NCBI RefSeq assembly: GCF_000143415.4 | Contig: NW_003314268.1 | Coordinates: forward strand, 2,310,494-2,374,493 | Length of the DNA: 64,000 nucleotides | Direction of reading: 5' to 3' | From: Selaginella moellendorffii | Lineage: Eukaryota > Plantae > Lycopodiophyta | Shown: one piece after another, positions 51,835-64,000 of the stretch | Position numbering within the stretch: the first letter of the stretch is position 1 | Layout: each line of letters starts with the position of its first letter | The notes under the pieces: model-generated | Database searches by the model: none | The model's input: the letters and a program-made list of their open reading frames with translations, nothing else | What the model was told of the DNA's origin: nothing | Translations under genes and position numbers: made by a program

Positions 51835-53783
51835 ATGGACTCCGGGCAAAAGAGGCTCCAGGAGCTGGGCTACAAACAGGAGCTCAAGCGATCTCTCTCG
51901 TAAGTATACTTCATTCCTGAAATTCGCAGGGAGAAACGATTGTGATTCAATCCAATCTGTGTTCTTGCAACCAGGGTTGTCTCAAACTTCGCATTGTCCT
52001 TCGCCATCATCTCAATTCTCACAGGCGTCACGACTACGTACAACACGGGTCTTACGTACGGAGGCCCTGTTTCGATCGTCTATGGCTGGATTATCGTCAG
52101 CTTCTTCACTATGTGCATTGCCCTCTCCATGGCGGAGATTTGCTCAGCGTACCCCACCTCTGGAGGTCTCTACTTTTGGAGCTATAGCCTTGCCGGCCCC
52201 AAATGGGGGCCATTTGCTTCATGGATCACTGGATGGTATAGTTGATTTTTTAATTTTTTCTTTCTTCCTGAAAAACTGGAGTAAAACTTTTCCAGGTTCA
52301 ACATATTTGGACAGGTCTGATGAGAAATTTTTCATCAATTTCTTAAGATCATCACCATTGTTTTTCTTTTTTGTTCATTATGGATGTGGAATTTGGAGTA
52401 GTGGGCGACGACCACCAGTGCCAATTTCTCAATGGCGATACTTGTCCAAGTGATTATTCTGCTCGCCACCGGAGGGCGAGATGGAGGATACTACGCTTCC
52501 AAGTACGTGGTCATTGGATTCCATGGAATTTTCTTGCTCATGCATGGCCTGATTAATAACTTGGAGATCAAGTGGGTCTCTCGCTTGGGAACGCTGGCGG
52601 TAATATGGAATTGCGTTGGTAAGTGGAGATAGTTTCACATCAGTGTTTAATTGCTTTGCGACATCACAGGAGTTTTTCTCATCACCATTTTGGTCCTCGC
52701 TGTTGCTCCGGAGAAACGAAGTGCCAAGTTCGTATTTTCGTACTTCTACAAAGACAATGGAAGCGGCATCGGGAGTAGCCCCTACGTCTTCGTCGTGGGC
52801 TTATTGATGAGCCAGTACTCGCTGATCGGATACGACGCATCAGCTCACATGGTAAAGGGATTCCACGAATCTCTCTGGAATAATCTCGCTTTCTATCAGT
52901 CTGAGGAGACCAAGTCCGCGGACAAGAACGGCGCGTACGGAATCGTCAGTGCGGTGGGAATCTCGGTCGTGATCGGCGCCATCTACCTTCTCGGCATCAC
53001 ATTTATCATCACAGACGTGGATCATGTGTTGAGCCTGGACAACGATGCGAGGGGATATGCCGTGGCCCAGGCGTTCTATGATGCCTTTAAGATGCGGTAC
53101 GGAAGCGGCGGCGGCGGCATCGTGTGCCTCGCAATCGTGGCCGTCGCCGTCTTCCTCTGCTGCATGAGCTGTGTGACAAGCAACTCCAGGTAACGTATGT
53201 ACGGAATGATTGTTCCGTGATTATTCTAACCGAATAATCTCAGGATGGCATACGCTTTCTCCCGGGATGGAGCCGTACCGCTGTCGCGCCTGTGGCACAA
53301 AGTCAACAAGCGGGATATTCCATCCAACGCCGTCTGGCTGGCGGTCGTGGTCTCGTTTTGCATGGCTCTTCCAGTAAGTAAAACTTATCTGTTTAACTTA
53401 CAAGTTTTCTACACACGCAGTACTTGGGAAGCTCCGTGGCATTCCAAGCGATGGTCTCAATCGCCACCATTGGATCGTGCATCTCCTACGCACTGCCCAT
53501 CCTCTTCCGGGTAACTATTGCCCGTAATTCTTTTGTACCGGGCCCCTTTCACCTGGGTAAATTCCTTGGCCTGGTGACGGGCTGGATCTCCGTGGTGTGG
53601 GTGGCCCTCATCACCGTGCTCTTCTGCCTCCCTATCGTCTACCCCGTCACCAGTAAATCCTTCAATTACACGCCCGTCGCTGTGGGGGGAGTTTTCACAT
53701 TTACCATGACTTACTGGCTCCTCAGCGCCCGATACTGGTTCCAAGGGCCAGTCTCCAACCTGGGCTCATCCCCACTTTATTAA
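51835..53783 (+). CDS. Amino acid/GABA permease, BAT1-like (APC family)
   Basis: MDSGQKRLQELGYKQELKRSL, MAEICSAYPTSGGLYFW, GYDASAHM, SRMAYAFSRDGA and FNYTPVAVG; multi-exon. Confidence 0.92.
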
Positions 53784-53871
53784 GCCCAAATGGTGCTTTT
53801 ATAAAAAAAGAAAAAAAGATGCGGCGACTATTTAGGTCTAAAAACACCGAAGAACCCTAAAGAGCCTGTGA

Positions 53872-55878
53872 ATGGAGCGGCGAGGGAAGCGGCCGCGCTC
53901 CGCCTACCGCGATGAGGTTAGTGATTCTTCGCTGGCCAAAGATCTGCAAAGGGATAGTGAGATTTCTAGAGTCCGCCGCGGGAATTAGTGCATCTAGCAT
54001 TCTAAAACGTCCAGACATAACACTTGGGGGAATTTGGCAATTTTTTTTCTTTTTGTGTGTGTAGGAGGCCCAGCCCTCATCATATGTTAGTCGGCACCAC
54101 AAGGAGCAGAGAGCTAACTATAACGGGTTCCATAGCGATACTCTTGCTGCTTCGCCTCCCTGGCGTGAAGATGACAAGGATGGTCACTACGTTTTTGAGC
54201 TGGGAGAGAACATTACACCTCGCTGTAATTTTTTTTTTCTTGCGTTTTTTACGTTTCTTTTACGCTATTTTTTTTTTCCTTGGGTCGAGCCTTTAGCTGC
54301 GTGATCCTTTTGCTTGTCTTGTTTGTTGCCCCGCATTCTAATGCGAGCTTTTTTTTTTTGTGTGTCGCAGACAAAGTCATCAGCAAGATGGGTGAAGGTG
54401 CTTATAGTTTAGTTTCCTTTCTCGTTGTTTACCAGAGTAAATGCAGGTACTTTTGGTCGCGTTTTGGAATGCTGGGACCGGAAGTATCAGGAGTTTGTGG
54501 CCGTTAAAGTTATAAGAAACGTCCCAAAATACAGAGAAGCCGCTCTGATTGAAATCGACGTTCTAAGAGCACTTCGAAAGCATGACAAGAATGGCAAACG
54601 GTAAAGCTCGCAACTAAGCATCATAAAGTTCTTAAAGCCTTCGTTTGCAGTGGCTGTCTTCAGATGAAAGAGTGGTTCGATTACCGGAATCACGTCTGCA
54701 TCGTAAGTTTCTCGATTTTGTTTTTTTTTCCTACCATCATCTAAACTTACTGGCGAACTTAGGTGTCGGAAAAGCTTGGACCGAGCCTGTACGATTTCCT
54801 GAAAAAGAATAGCTACCGGCCATTCTCGATAGAACATGTCCGTGATATTGGCTGGCAGCTTTTGAATTCTGTAGCATGTATGCCGCGTTTGATGTTTTCG
54901 TTTATAGCTCCCGTGTTATTGATGCACTGTTGTTTGCTTCCTGTTTTAATAGACTTACATGAGCTATCTTTGATTCATACTGATTTAAAACCGGAGAATA
55001 TACTGCTGGTCTCTTCGGCATACGTGAAGACACTCGACTACAAGGTAGCGCATTTTGTTAGATCGTTTCTAGTATTATTAACACTTTTTCCGTTACAGTC
55101 TGCTCGACCGGATAAACACTTAACCAGGACACCGACATCAGCTGAAATAAGGCTGATAGATTTTGGGAGTGCGACGTTTGAAAACCAGCACCACTCGTCC
55201 ATAGTGTCTACAAGGCAATATAGAGCACCCGAGATCATCCTGGGTACGTTGGGTGTTTCTTTTGCTTAAGTGTTATCTTGACAAAATTATTTTCTAGGCC
55301 TTGGATGGTCGTACGCGTGTGATTTGTGGAGCGTTGGTTGCATCTTAGTGGAGCTTTTCTCGGTAAGAAAACTGCGAAGTCCATTAATCTCATATTTCTT
55401 GGCTGCTTCCAGGGAGATCCACTGTTTCAGACTCACGAAAATCTCGAGCACCTGGCAATGATGGAAAGAATTCTCGGTCCCATTTCCAGACGCATAATCG
55501 ATAACGTAGAGTAAGTCAGATTTGTACTGGATCTATAAACCTTGTGGCTCATCCCACGGTGCTTTGTGCAGTAGAAAAGCTCAGAAGTACTTCAAAAACG
55601 GGAGGGAACTAAACTGGCCCGATGCAGCCTCTTCTCTCGAGAGTATCCGGACAGTGAAAAGGTTACCACGGCTCAAGGTAGTGTACACATTGAAAAATAA
55701 AAACTCGTTCCCGTTCATGTCTGTGTTTTTCCCTCAATAGGAGCTTGTTCAACTGCATGTCGAGCACTCTGCCAGTTCCTTGACAGACTTGCTCGAGGGT
55801 CTCCTTAGATATGGAGCCTCCGATCGGCTGACAGCGAAAGAAGCTCTAAGACACCCGTTCTTCAAGGAGCGAAGATAA
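53872..55878 (+). CDS. LAMMER/AFC-type protein kinase
   Basis: DDKDGHYVFELG, GEGTFGRV, HTDLKPENILL, IDFGSAT, STRQYRAPE and EHLAMMERILG. Confidence 0.93.
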
Positions 55879-55906
55879 GCTTTGGTTCGCTGGACGAGCT
55901 GCTTCT

Positions 55907-57556
55907 TCACGAGAGGCTGAAGTCCGCTCCTATGGGAAGATGATCGCTGGGGTGGAAATGGTTTGGGAGGCCTCCCTTGACGTCTGGAGCATCCGGCCGA
56001 GGCACCTCTAAGATCGTCTTTGGTCTCATGGACGCCGAGGGACTGAAGAAGATGTAGTCCAGAGTTCCTGTGAAGTCTGGGGTGCAGTTCGTGAACGCTG
56101 GCTCGCCTTGTGCAGCGGCGTACAAGCTGTCGAGTGGGATCGCTGGGACTTTCAAGCTCTCCAAGTCGGGCACCTTGAAACTCGAGAGCTCGATGTCGGG
56201 GCCGGAGTTGCGACGCCCGGAGGTAATATAGTTGTACACCTGAGAAGAGAGAAGACGGCATAGAAGTTTGTTCCATTTTCCAAGCTTAAATACTTTACCC
56301 GATCACCCGGAGTGGAGTTGAAATCCCCTGCGACTAGAACGACAGGATTGGAGTTGAATTCTTGAGATATCTCCTTCTCGAACTGCAAGAGCTTTGCAAG
56401 CAGGTACTTGGCTTGTGCGAGTTTCACGTCTTGCAGCGCTGGATCCCTGGGAAAGAAAAAGGATATAAAGAACTCGGCAGAACTATCTTACCAGTATAGG
56501 TGCGTGTTTGCAATCACAACGATGTTACTAGGCGCGTGATGGAAGCGAAAGGCCGAAAAAATTCCAACACAGTTCCTTCGAAAGCGCACGCGTGGATCGC
56601 TCACATCTCTGTCGTTCTCTTCCTCTGGAACTGAGAAATCAGAGACAATACATCGGCGTGTGTGGATATATACCGACGGATTCCGACGTTCTTCCGGCTG
56701 TGGTTTCATCAGGCGCGATGTCGTTATAGTCGAGAAACTGTTGTTTTAGCAACTGGCACCTGAGTAGAATGAAATATCAAACAAACCTCGCAAAATCAAT
56801 CCGAGGCTAACCATTTGGCCTTGTAGATGATGCCGCAGCCATCGCGTTTCTTGCCACTTCTCTGTACGTAGATGCTAGAGTAGCCTCTGCTTTCAAGGAG
56901 AGGCTTGTAGAAGCTCTCAAATTCGTCTAGCTCCTGCAAAGAAAACGAAGAGGGAGGCTTTGAGCTTATAGAATAACCGAACGCAAACCTGGAGACAAAG
57001 GAGATCAGCGTCCAGGGACAAAAGACGCGATAGAACTTGCTCCGAGCGCGTCTTCCACCTTCGAAAGAAATGCTCGGCGATGCAAAAACTTGACAAAAAA
57101 ATGATGAGGAACTTACTTCAAACACAAGGATGGCGAATGAGGGAACAGCGAACTCTTCACATAGACCTGCAAAAGAACAAGAACACAAAACGTTTTGATC
57201 GATCAAAGCTAGGAAAAAAGATTTAAATCACTACTTGTGCAAGAATGTTGTATGAAACCACTCGAAAGCTTCCAGCTGTAAAAATAAAAATTCGTGACAA
57301 TGCGATCGTTTTCTTCGTTCTCTCTTCTTACTCTCTGGAAACTCTGAATTGTCGTCGTGTTCGACTGGAATAAAATTTGGAGTCCACACAAATGGCTTGG
57401 AAACCATGCTCGCCTATCAGAGAGACGCGATCAATCGAAAGCGATCGAGCCGTATCTCAAACTCACCGCAGTCGCAATGCAATGCCGATGCTGAGGACTA
57501 GATCCGCGCTGTAAACGAAGACCGGGACGAAGAAATCGGCTGCCCAGGGCGAGCAT
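55907..57556 (-). CDS. CCR4-like EEP-family deadenylase / phosphatase
   Basis: SYNILAQVY, LQELDE, GKKRDGCGI, ANTHLYWDP, AGDFNSTP, GTLDYIF and HPSDHLP. Confidence 0.9.
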
Positions 57557-57639
57557 GAAGAACCCTAAAACATTTGTGTCTTAAACCCTTTAAACCCTTT
57601 CGTTGGAGCGAAGAACCCTAAAATGGAAGGTGCCCAGTG

Positions 57640-60201
57640 ATGATAGATCATAGCTGTGGGAGGCATTTTTTCGGTAGAGTTCACAAGGAAGAAAATCGTG
57701 GCAGCAGTGGAAATATCGATGTTCTTGGACGATTTCCTTCCAGGGCGAGTGGAATCTGTCGAGGACAAATCCCCGATTTCGTCCAGGAGGAGCGATCGAA
57801 GGATGCTATCGGGGCTTCCAAGAAGGATGGCGTCGAGAGGTGGGTTCCATGGAACTCCTTGATCCTAAAGTACTTGGAGCAAGGTCGATGCGAGGAAGCC
57901 GTGAGGATGATCGAGGAGACGTGCCTGGAGGAGGAAGAGAGTGTGCCGAGCGAGAGCTTGATCGTGGCCGCTCTCAATCGCCTCTCCTCTCCCAGAATGC
58001 TCGAGGCCGGGGAGAGAATCCACTGCGTCGCGAGCTGCCTCAACCTGGTGGAATCGAAGAGGAAGAGAGTTGGAGTGGCGCTGCTGGGGATGTATGTGAG
58101 GTGTGGAAGCATCGAAAGCGCTCGCAAGCTCTTCGATTCCATGGCGGTGGAGAGGAATGGAGAGTGCTGGACAGTGATGATCTCCGCGTACGTGAGGAGG
58201 GGCTGGATCAACGAGGCACTGCTGCTCTTCAAGAAATCTCTCCTGGAAGGCGTCCGGCCAAGCGAGGGTACGTTTATCGCGCTTCTTCACGCTTGCTCGA
58301 GGCCGGCTTCTTTGGATCAAGGGAAGAAACTCCACAGGCTCTTGGAGGAGGCTGGATTCCAGGAGTCCATAGCGCCATCGCTGGCTACTTCGCTGATCAA
58401 GATGTATGGGAAGTGTGGGAGCTTGGACGAGGCCTGGAAGGTGATGGAGAAGATCGAATCTCGGGACGTGGAGCTCTGGACAGTGATGATCGCTTCTCTG
58501 TCTCACTTCGGCAAGCTCGATCGGGCATTCGAGCTGCTCAAGAGGATGGATCTTGAGGGTGACAGGCCGAGCAAGATGACTTTCATGGCCGTCTTGCGAG
58601 CTTGCAAGGATCATCCGGAAGCTCGCCAAGTTGGAGGAGTTCTTCACGGTTTGATCCGAGAGAGGGGACTCGAGTCGGACGTCGGCGTTGGAACGAGCCT
58701 CGTGAACATGTACGCTAGGTGGGGAGACCCCCAGCAAGCGCAGGAAGTGTTCTCGCAAATCGAAGCTCGCGACGTCTCGTCGTGGAACTGCCTGCTCGCG
58801 GCGTACTCTCGCTGCTCCCGGCAGGAGCAAGCGCTGGTTTTGTACCGCGAGATGATGCTCGAAGGCGTGAAACCGGACAGGCTCACGCTCAACACCGTCA
58901 TCGATGTCTGTGCGAGCTTGAAAGATCTGGAGCAAGGCAGCCGGATCCACCAGCAGATCGCCAGCTCCGGGTTTGCGTCCGACTTGATGCTCGACACTGC
59001 GCTCATCACTTTCTATGGACGCTGCGGGAAGCTGGACGCGGCGTTGGAGATCTTCGAGGCCTTGCCAGCTCGAGACAACGTAACTTGGAACACCATGATT
59101 GCATCTCTCAACGATCACTCTTCCCCGGAGGCCGCCATGGGATTCTTCCAGAGAATGCAGCAAGAAGGTATGGCACCGAGCAGAGTGACGCTTCTCACCG
59201 TGCTCGGACTTTGTGGCAGCGTCGGGGAAGCGAAGCTCGTCCACTCTTGCGTGAGAGAGAGTGGATTCGAGCAGGATAGCGAGGTGAAGAACACGCTCAT
59301 CACTGCGTATGGAAGGTGTGGAGGACTGGCACAAGCCGTGGAGATCTTCGAGGCACTCCCGCGGAAGATCGAGAGCTCGTGGAATGCGATGATGGGAGCT
59401 TACGCTGCGCAGGGAAAGCCGCGAGCGGCGCTGGAGCTCTTCCACCGGATGGTGAAGCTGGAGCAGATGATCCAGCCGAGTGTTTCCACGATCATCCTGG
59501 CGCTCAACTCGTGCCGGAGCCTTGCCGACGGTAAGCTTGTGATCTCTTCTATCCCGGAATCACTCGTGGAAGAGGATGGATTCGTCCAGGCGGCGATGGT
59601 GGACATGCTCGCGAGGTGTGGAAGCCTGGACGACGCCAGCGAGTTCTTTCACAAACTTAGGAAGAACAAGGACACGGTTCTCTGGACGACGATGGTGGCG
59701 GCGTTCGCTCGTCACGGCCACTCTGCTCGAGCTCTCGGCCTCTTCGAAGCCATGCTCCTCGACGGCGGCGGCTCTCCGGACGAAGTCACGCTCGTGAGCG
59801 TCCTCTCGGCTTGCAGCCACGCCGGGCTCCTCCATCGCGGCCTCCAGATCTTCGCCTCTACCGCCAGTGACTTTGGGGTCCAGTGGCGCTCGCTGGAGCT
59901 CTACGGCTGCGCGATTGATCTCCTCGGCCGGGCCGGGCAGCTCCAGGAGGCCGAGATGCTCGTCGCGAGCTCGGATTTCTCCGGGAGTTCCGTGCTTTGG
60001 ATCACGCTCCTGGGCGCTAGCAAGGTCCGTGGCGACGAAGAGGCGGGGAAGAGGGCGGCGGTGAAAGTTCTCGAGCTAGATCCTGGCAACGCGGCGGCCC
60101 ACGTTATACTTTCAAATCTGGCATATTCGTCCGAGCGCGACGGTGGCGATTCGATACACGTGGCGGGCGATGCGAGAAGCGCATCCGACGGCCCAGCATA
60201 A
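57640..60201 (+). CDS. Pentatricopeptide repeat protein, PLS/E class (~853 aa, intronless)
   Basis: Repeated MYGKCGSL..A and SWN...AY units; C-terminal CAIDLLGRAG...ELDPGNAAAHVILSNL. Confidence 0.92.
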   Translation: MIDHSCGRHFFGRVHKEENRGSSGNIDVLGRFPSRASGICRGQIPDFVQEERSKDAIGASKKDGVERWVPWNSLILKYLEQGRCEEAVRMIEETCLEEEESVPSESLIVAALNRLSSPRMLEAGERIHCVASCLNLVESKRKRVGVALLGMYVRCGSIESARKLFDSMAVERNGECWTVMISAYVRRGWINEALLLFKKSLLEGVRPSEGTFIALLHACSRPASLDQGKKLHRLLEEAGFQESIAPSLATSLIKMYGKCGSLDEAWKVMEKIESRDVELWTVMIASLSHFGKLDRAFELLKRMDLEGDRPSKMTFMAVLRACKDHPEARQVGGVLHGLIRERGLESDVGVGTSLVNMYARWGDPQQAQEVFSQIEARDVSSWNCLLAAYSRCSRQEQALVLYREMMLEGVKPDRLTLNTVIDVCASLKDLEQGSRIHQQIASSGFASDLMLDTALITFYGRCGKLDAALEIFEALPARDNVTWNTMIASLNDHSSPEAAMGFFQRMQQEGMAPSRVTLLTVLGLCGSVGEAKLVHSCVRESGFEQDSEVKNTLITAYGRCGGLAQAVEIFEALPRKIESSWNAMMGAYAAQGKPRAALELFHRMVKLEQMIQPSVSTIILALNSCRSLADGKLVISSIPESLVEEDGFVQAAMVDMLARCGSLDDASEFFHKLRKNKDTVLWTTMVAAFARHGHSARALGLFEAMLLDGGGSPDEVTLVSVLSACSHAGLLHRGLQIFASTASDFGVQWRSLELYGCAIDLLGRAGQLQEAEMLVASSDFSGSSVLWITLLGASKVRGDEEAGKRAAVKVLELDPGNAAAHVILSNLAYSSERDGGDSIHVAGDARSASDGPA

Positions 60202-60266
60202 GGTAAGGTTCGTGTTTTGTTTGGGTCTTTGTAGAGCGGAGTTTACTGTTTTTTTCAGGTGTGGCG

Positions 60267-62708
60267 ATGGAGATGGAGGTGGATCGAGAGGCGGTGCCGC
60301 GACAGCAGCGCTTGAGGTTCACGTACCGAGGAAAGGAATTCGTGCTGGCGATCACGGCGAGCTCGACGCTGCGGGAATTGGGGCAGGAGCTACAGTCGGC
60401 TACTGGGATTTCCCCGCAGACGATGAAGCTGCTGGTTCCTCGAGGTGCCCGTGGAGCGCTGGAGCCCTTCAGCGAGGAATGCGCCATGCTCTCTCTTGGA
60501 GAGTGTGGGATCGAAGAGGTTTCTCTTTTTTTTCTTTCGTTCGCTCGCTTCCTCCATGCTTACAAAGTTTCTATTGTTCGCTTTCCAGGGAAAGGTTTTA
60601 CGTGTGATGGGAGCACTCCCTCACGAGACGGTGGAAGTCTCGGGAGCTTTACAGAAGGACACTAGAAGCCTTGGATTTGAGGAAGAGGAGGAACGAGCTC
60701 GGCGACGAGCTTCCTCGGCTTCTGCTACGGGAAAACTCCCTGCCGGCCCCTATACGTTTCAAGACTTTAAAACTCTTCAACTTCCTGGCGTACAGGTACT
60801 TTGTTTTTGATGGATTGTCGCTGAATTTTTGTGCTGATGTTCGTAGATGACTCCACCACCTCCGAAAGCTCTCGAGCTCTTGCATGCCTTGGCTAGTGAC
60901 AGAGGCATCATCGCCATAATGAACAAGGTGCATTTTTCTATGCCTTCGGAAGGATTGATCTTTTCTTTGTTTTCAGTATCGATGGCGAGTGGGAGTTTTG
61001 AGTGAAATGGCACCCGAGGGATTGGTCGGAATCAGTCCCAAGTGTCTTCTCGGATTCAACAAGGTAAATTCGAAAGCATGGATGAAGCTCTTGTTGAGCT
61101 CCATAGTTTTGCAGAATCGCGGAGAAGAGATCTCTCTACGTCTTCGAACAGATGACTTGAAGGGTTTTCGGAAGTATGAATCCATAAGAAAGACTTTACT
61201 TCATGAACTGGTGAGATAGAGATAAACTTGATCTTCTGTGATAGGCAACCGACAAACACCCTTCTGTGTTCTATGTTCAGGCGCATATGGTACATGATGA
61301 ACACGACGAGAATTTCCATCAACTGGACAAACTGGTAAGCATTTCTTCTTTTGGTTCAATCTCTTTGCTTATCCTTTTTGTTTCAGCTTAACAAAGAGTC
61401 GCTTGAGCTTGACTGGACAAGATCGCGAGGCCAAAGTCTAAGCGGCATGAAACACCAAGTTCCAGATAGTATTGAGGATGATTCAGAGGTCTTGCGCAAA
61501 GGCCACCGCCTCGGTGGAGGTTCATCTTCCGTTTTGAATGTCAAGGTAGCAGCAGCCAACGCAGCATTGAACAGACTGAAAGAAAATGCCGAAAGCTCAA
61601 AACCAGATGATAAAGTAAGCGAAGAACCAGATCCTGACGATCAAGAAACTTATAACAAAGAAATTCCTGAACAGAAAGATGGTGAACCGGATCCCGATGA
61701 AACTCAAGCTTACGAGAGTGAACCAGATCCAGACGAACTGCACGCATATAGACCAGAAACCTGGGAACCAGACCCGGATGAGAAGGAAAGTCACAGAGAA
61801 CCAGATCCAGATGAGAACAAACATCACGGGGAACCAGACCCGGACGAGAAGGAAACTCTAAAAGATTACAGAGAACCAGATCCAGATGAGAACGAACATC
61901 ACGGGGAACCAGACCCGGACGAGAAGGAAACTCTAAAAGATTACAGAGAACCAGATCCAGATGAGAACGAACATCACGGGGAACCAGACCCGGACGAGAA
62001 GGAAACTCTAAAAGATTACAGAGAACCAGATCCAGACGACAATGATCCAGGAGACAATAAAAGAACTAAACTTCCAGAAGATCCCAAAGAACCGGATCCA
62101 GACGATGGTCTCAGGCATGGAAGTCCGTTTCAGAAAGACGTGGAAGTGATGGAGATGGGAGAACTGGACATGGAGATCAAACGAATCAATGCCGCAGCAG
62201 CTGCTGCTAGTTCCCGGCTCGAGGACTCGATCGCGATGCTTACTCGTCAGGCTACTCCCTTGGAAGCGGCCATGGCTTTCCAAACTCTTGTGAAAATCTT
62301 AAGGTGAGGTTTAGCTTTGGTTTCTCATTTGTTTCCTCACTGTGCTCTTGCTTGTTCAGTAACGTCATGGAGCATCCAAACGAGGAGAAGTTTCGGCGTA
62401 TAAAGAAGGCGAGTGAATGAAAGCGATACTTTCTTCGTTTTTGTTGCTAACGTATGTTGTTCCATGGCAGAACAATCCCGTCTTCCAGGAGCGTGTTGCA
62501 AAGTTTGCTGGTAATCAGTCTAAAGCTTGTGTAGTCTTCGAGTGTCCTTATTTTTGTTTTTACAGGAGCGATTGAGCTGCTTAAAATGGTTGGATTTGCC
62601 GAAGAAGCAGCGATGTCAAGCTTTGTGCTCAAGACCAATGATCCTGGATTGCTGTGGCTGGCACGCTCTCTCGTGACGAGCGCGCTTGGCTCTTACGTAC
62701 ATGGCTAG
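60267..62708 (+). CDS. UBL-WLM(Wss1-like metalloprotease)-PUB domain protein with EPDPD repeats
   Basis: Ubiquitin-like N-terminus, LLGFNKNRGEEISLRLR, LLHELAHM (HExxH), EPDPD repeats, and PUB-like NVMEHPNEEKFRRIK...GAIELLKMVGF. Confidence 0.9.
61794..62037 (+). repeat. Coding 75-bp (25-aa) tandem repeat, about 3 copies
   Basis: REPDPDEN(K/E)HHGEPDPDEKETLKDY repeated near-identically at the DNA level. Confidence 0.85.
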
Positions 62709-62812
62709 CGAGCGAAAATAACAACAGGAAAGAAGAAGCATTCTAGCACACCTGGAAGGATGATATTCTCTTCGCCTGTAAATTTTTACAATACGAGAGT
62801 GCGTTGTTCGTC

Positions 62813-64000
62813 TCAAGCGGAGGACTCCACGGCCTTTCCAGCGCTTTGATGCGACCAGGCGTCCAGTTGCGATGCCAAAACCTTCCAAGCCTCGGCTGTG
62901 TCGTTGGCTAGCTGGGCCTGGCCGCGAGCAAACTCGTGAAAGACGGCACCCAAGTCTCGAGTCTTTTCTTCCTGGAACCTCACCATTTCCTGCTGCATCA
63001 CCTTGACGATCTCTTCGTAGCGCTTGTTTGCTTCGTCACTTTGAAGTTTCGTCTGTGAAGCAAAGTGTCATTCGTGCAAGACAACAACGATCGATGCGAA
63101 CATACCTCTCTGTAGTCGATCTCGGCCTCCCCTACTTTGTCAGGCCGCACTACTCTTAGCTTTTCCCTGAGAAGACGAGGAAGCTGGATAAGTTGACTGG
63201 AAATACAGAGCATGGCTCACTTACAGGTTGATCTCTTTCAGCTTTGATGCTTCAAAGAGCTCACGTTGTTGCCTGAAGGCTTGCGCTCTATCACTCAGCA
63301 CCGCCTACACAAGAAACACCCATTTAGCATTCTTTTTTAGAAAAGACGTTAGCTTACCTTGATGGACTGGACGGTTCGGACGTACTCTTTGAGCGGCTCC
63401 TCAAAGTTCATGAGCAGATCTTGCGCCTGGATGAAATGACCGATAAGCATTTCACAAGGAGATATGGAAAGCAGAATACCTGTTTTTGTAGCTTGTAGGA
63501 AAGTAACTCCGCACGGTTGCCAAGTTCTCCGAAGGCTTTGCCAAGAAGTCCCGTTTCACAGCCTCCAAGGGACTTCACCGATTTGCCAAACTCAGCCAAG
63601 GCTTGTCCCAACTCTAAAGTGAAAGTAAGTTAAGAGAGGATATCACGATGAAAATAAAATTGCCGACCGCTATGACGCTTCACCAGACGATACGACTGCT
63701 TCTGTGCCTCGCCAAGATGATCTTCAAGTTCTGTGACATAGTGCTTGACCTTTTCATACTCCTCGCTCGTCTCTTCCAGGGGTTTTTCTTTACCCAACAC
63801 AACGTCCGTGACTTTGGATTGTACATCCTGTTGAAACCATAACAATGAGGACGGCATGTAAAACCAGAACTTGGCAGCTCTACCTTGAATATTTGCATGA
63901 AATCGCTGGGTTTCTTTTTGAAAACCCCCTCAGCTGTTCTTGATTTCTCAACAACCTGGAACATAGAATTACTGCACTGCATAGAAATCTAGCAAACTCA
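62813..64000 (-). CDS. SNX1: Sorting nexin 1 (BAR domain exons; 5' part outside window)
   Basis: KKPSDFMQIFKDVQSKVTDVVLGKEKP, ELGQALAEFGK, NFEEPLKEYVRTVQSIK and EMVRFQEEK...FARGQAQLA. Confidence 0.9.

Noticed and set aside
57681-59445. Long antisense ORFs (526 aa, 183 aa) over the PPR gene
   Set aside because: They are shadow ORFs of a GC-rich coding strand.

Overview
This is eukaryotic plant nuclear DNA, most likely from a Selaginella-type lycophyte. That assignment is an inference from the ~40-60 nt GT-AG introns, a microbial-type terpene synthase, the ciliary gene IFT81, intronless PLS/E PPR genes and very tight gene spacing. The window has three zones. (1) 0.7-6.1 kb holds a frameshifted microbial-type terpene synthase head-to-head with a CYP71-clan P450, an internally deleted copy of that P450, and a degenerate tRNA-Asn. 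(2) 6.2-36.4 kb is a nested transposon pile. A decayed Ty1/copia element carries a higher-order tandem array in gag. It is interrupted by a 12.4-kb TIR DNA transposon (8185-20579) and by a solo LTR, which itself holds a young, non-coding two-LTR element of the same family. VDE and SMC6 gene fragments follow. (3) 36.5-64 kb is compact housekeeping DNA: double-domain adenylate kinase, plastid LepA, IFT81, AP2/WRI-like TF, MIF, two PPRs, BAT1-like permease, LAMMER kinase, CCR4-like EEP protein, UBL-WLM-PUB protease and SNX1. The standout is the 12.4-kb element. It encodes an apparently intact Mutator-type (GCM/WRKY-like finger, DDE, SWIM) transposase. Divergently it encodes an intact 8-exon ~1080-aa protein that fuses a ParB/Srx-like DGNHR domain to a prokaryotic-style beta-class N4C/N6A DNA methyltransferase fold. 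It also carries three small SGS3-like zf-XS-type zinc-finger genes. This is a candidate transposon-borne epigenetic or anti-silencing system. All domain calls were made by eye from motifs; no searches were run.
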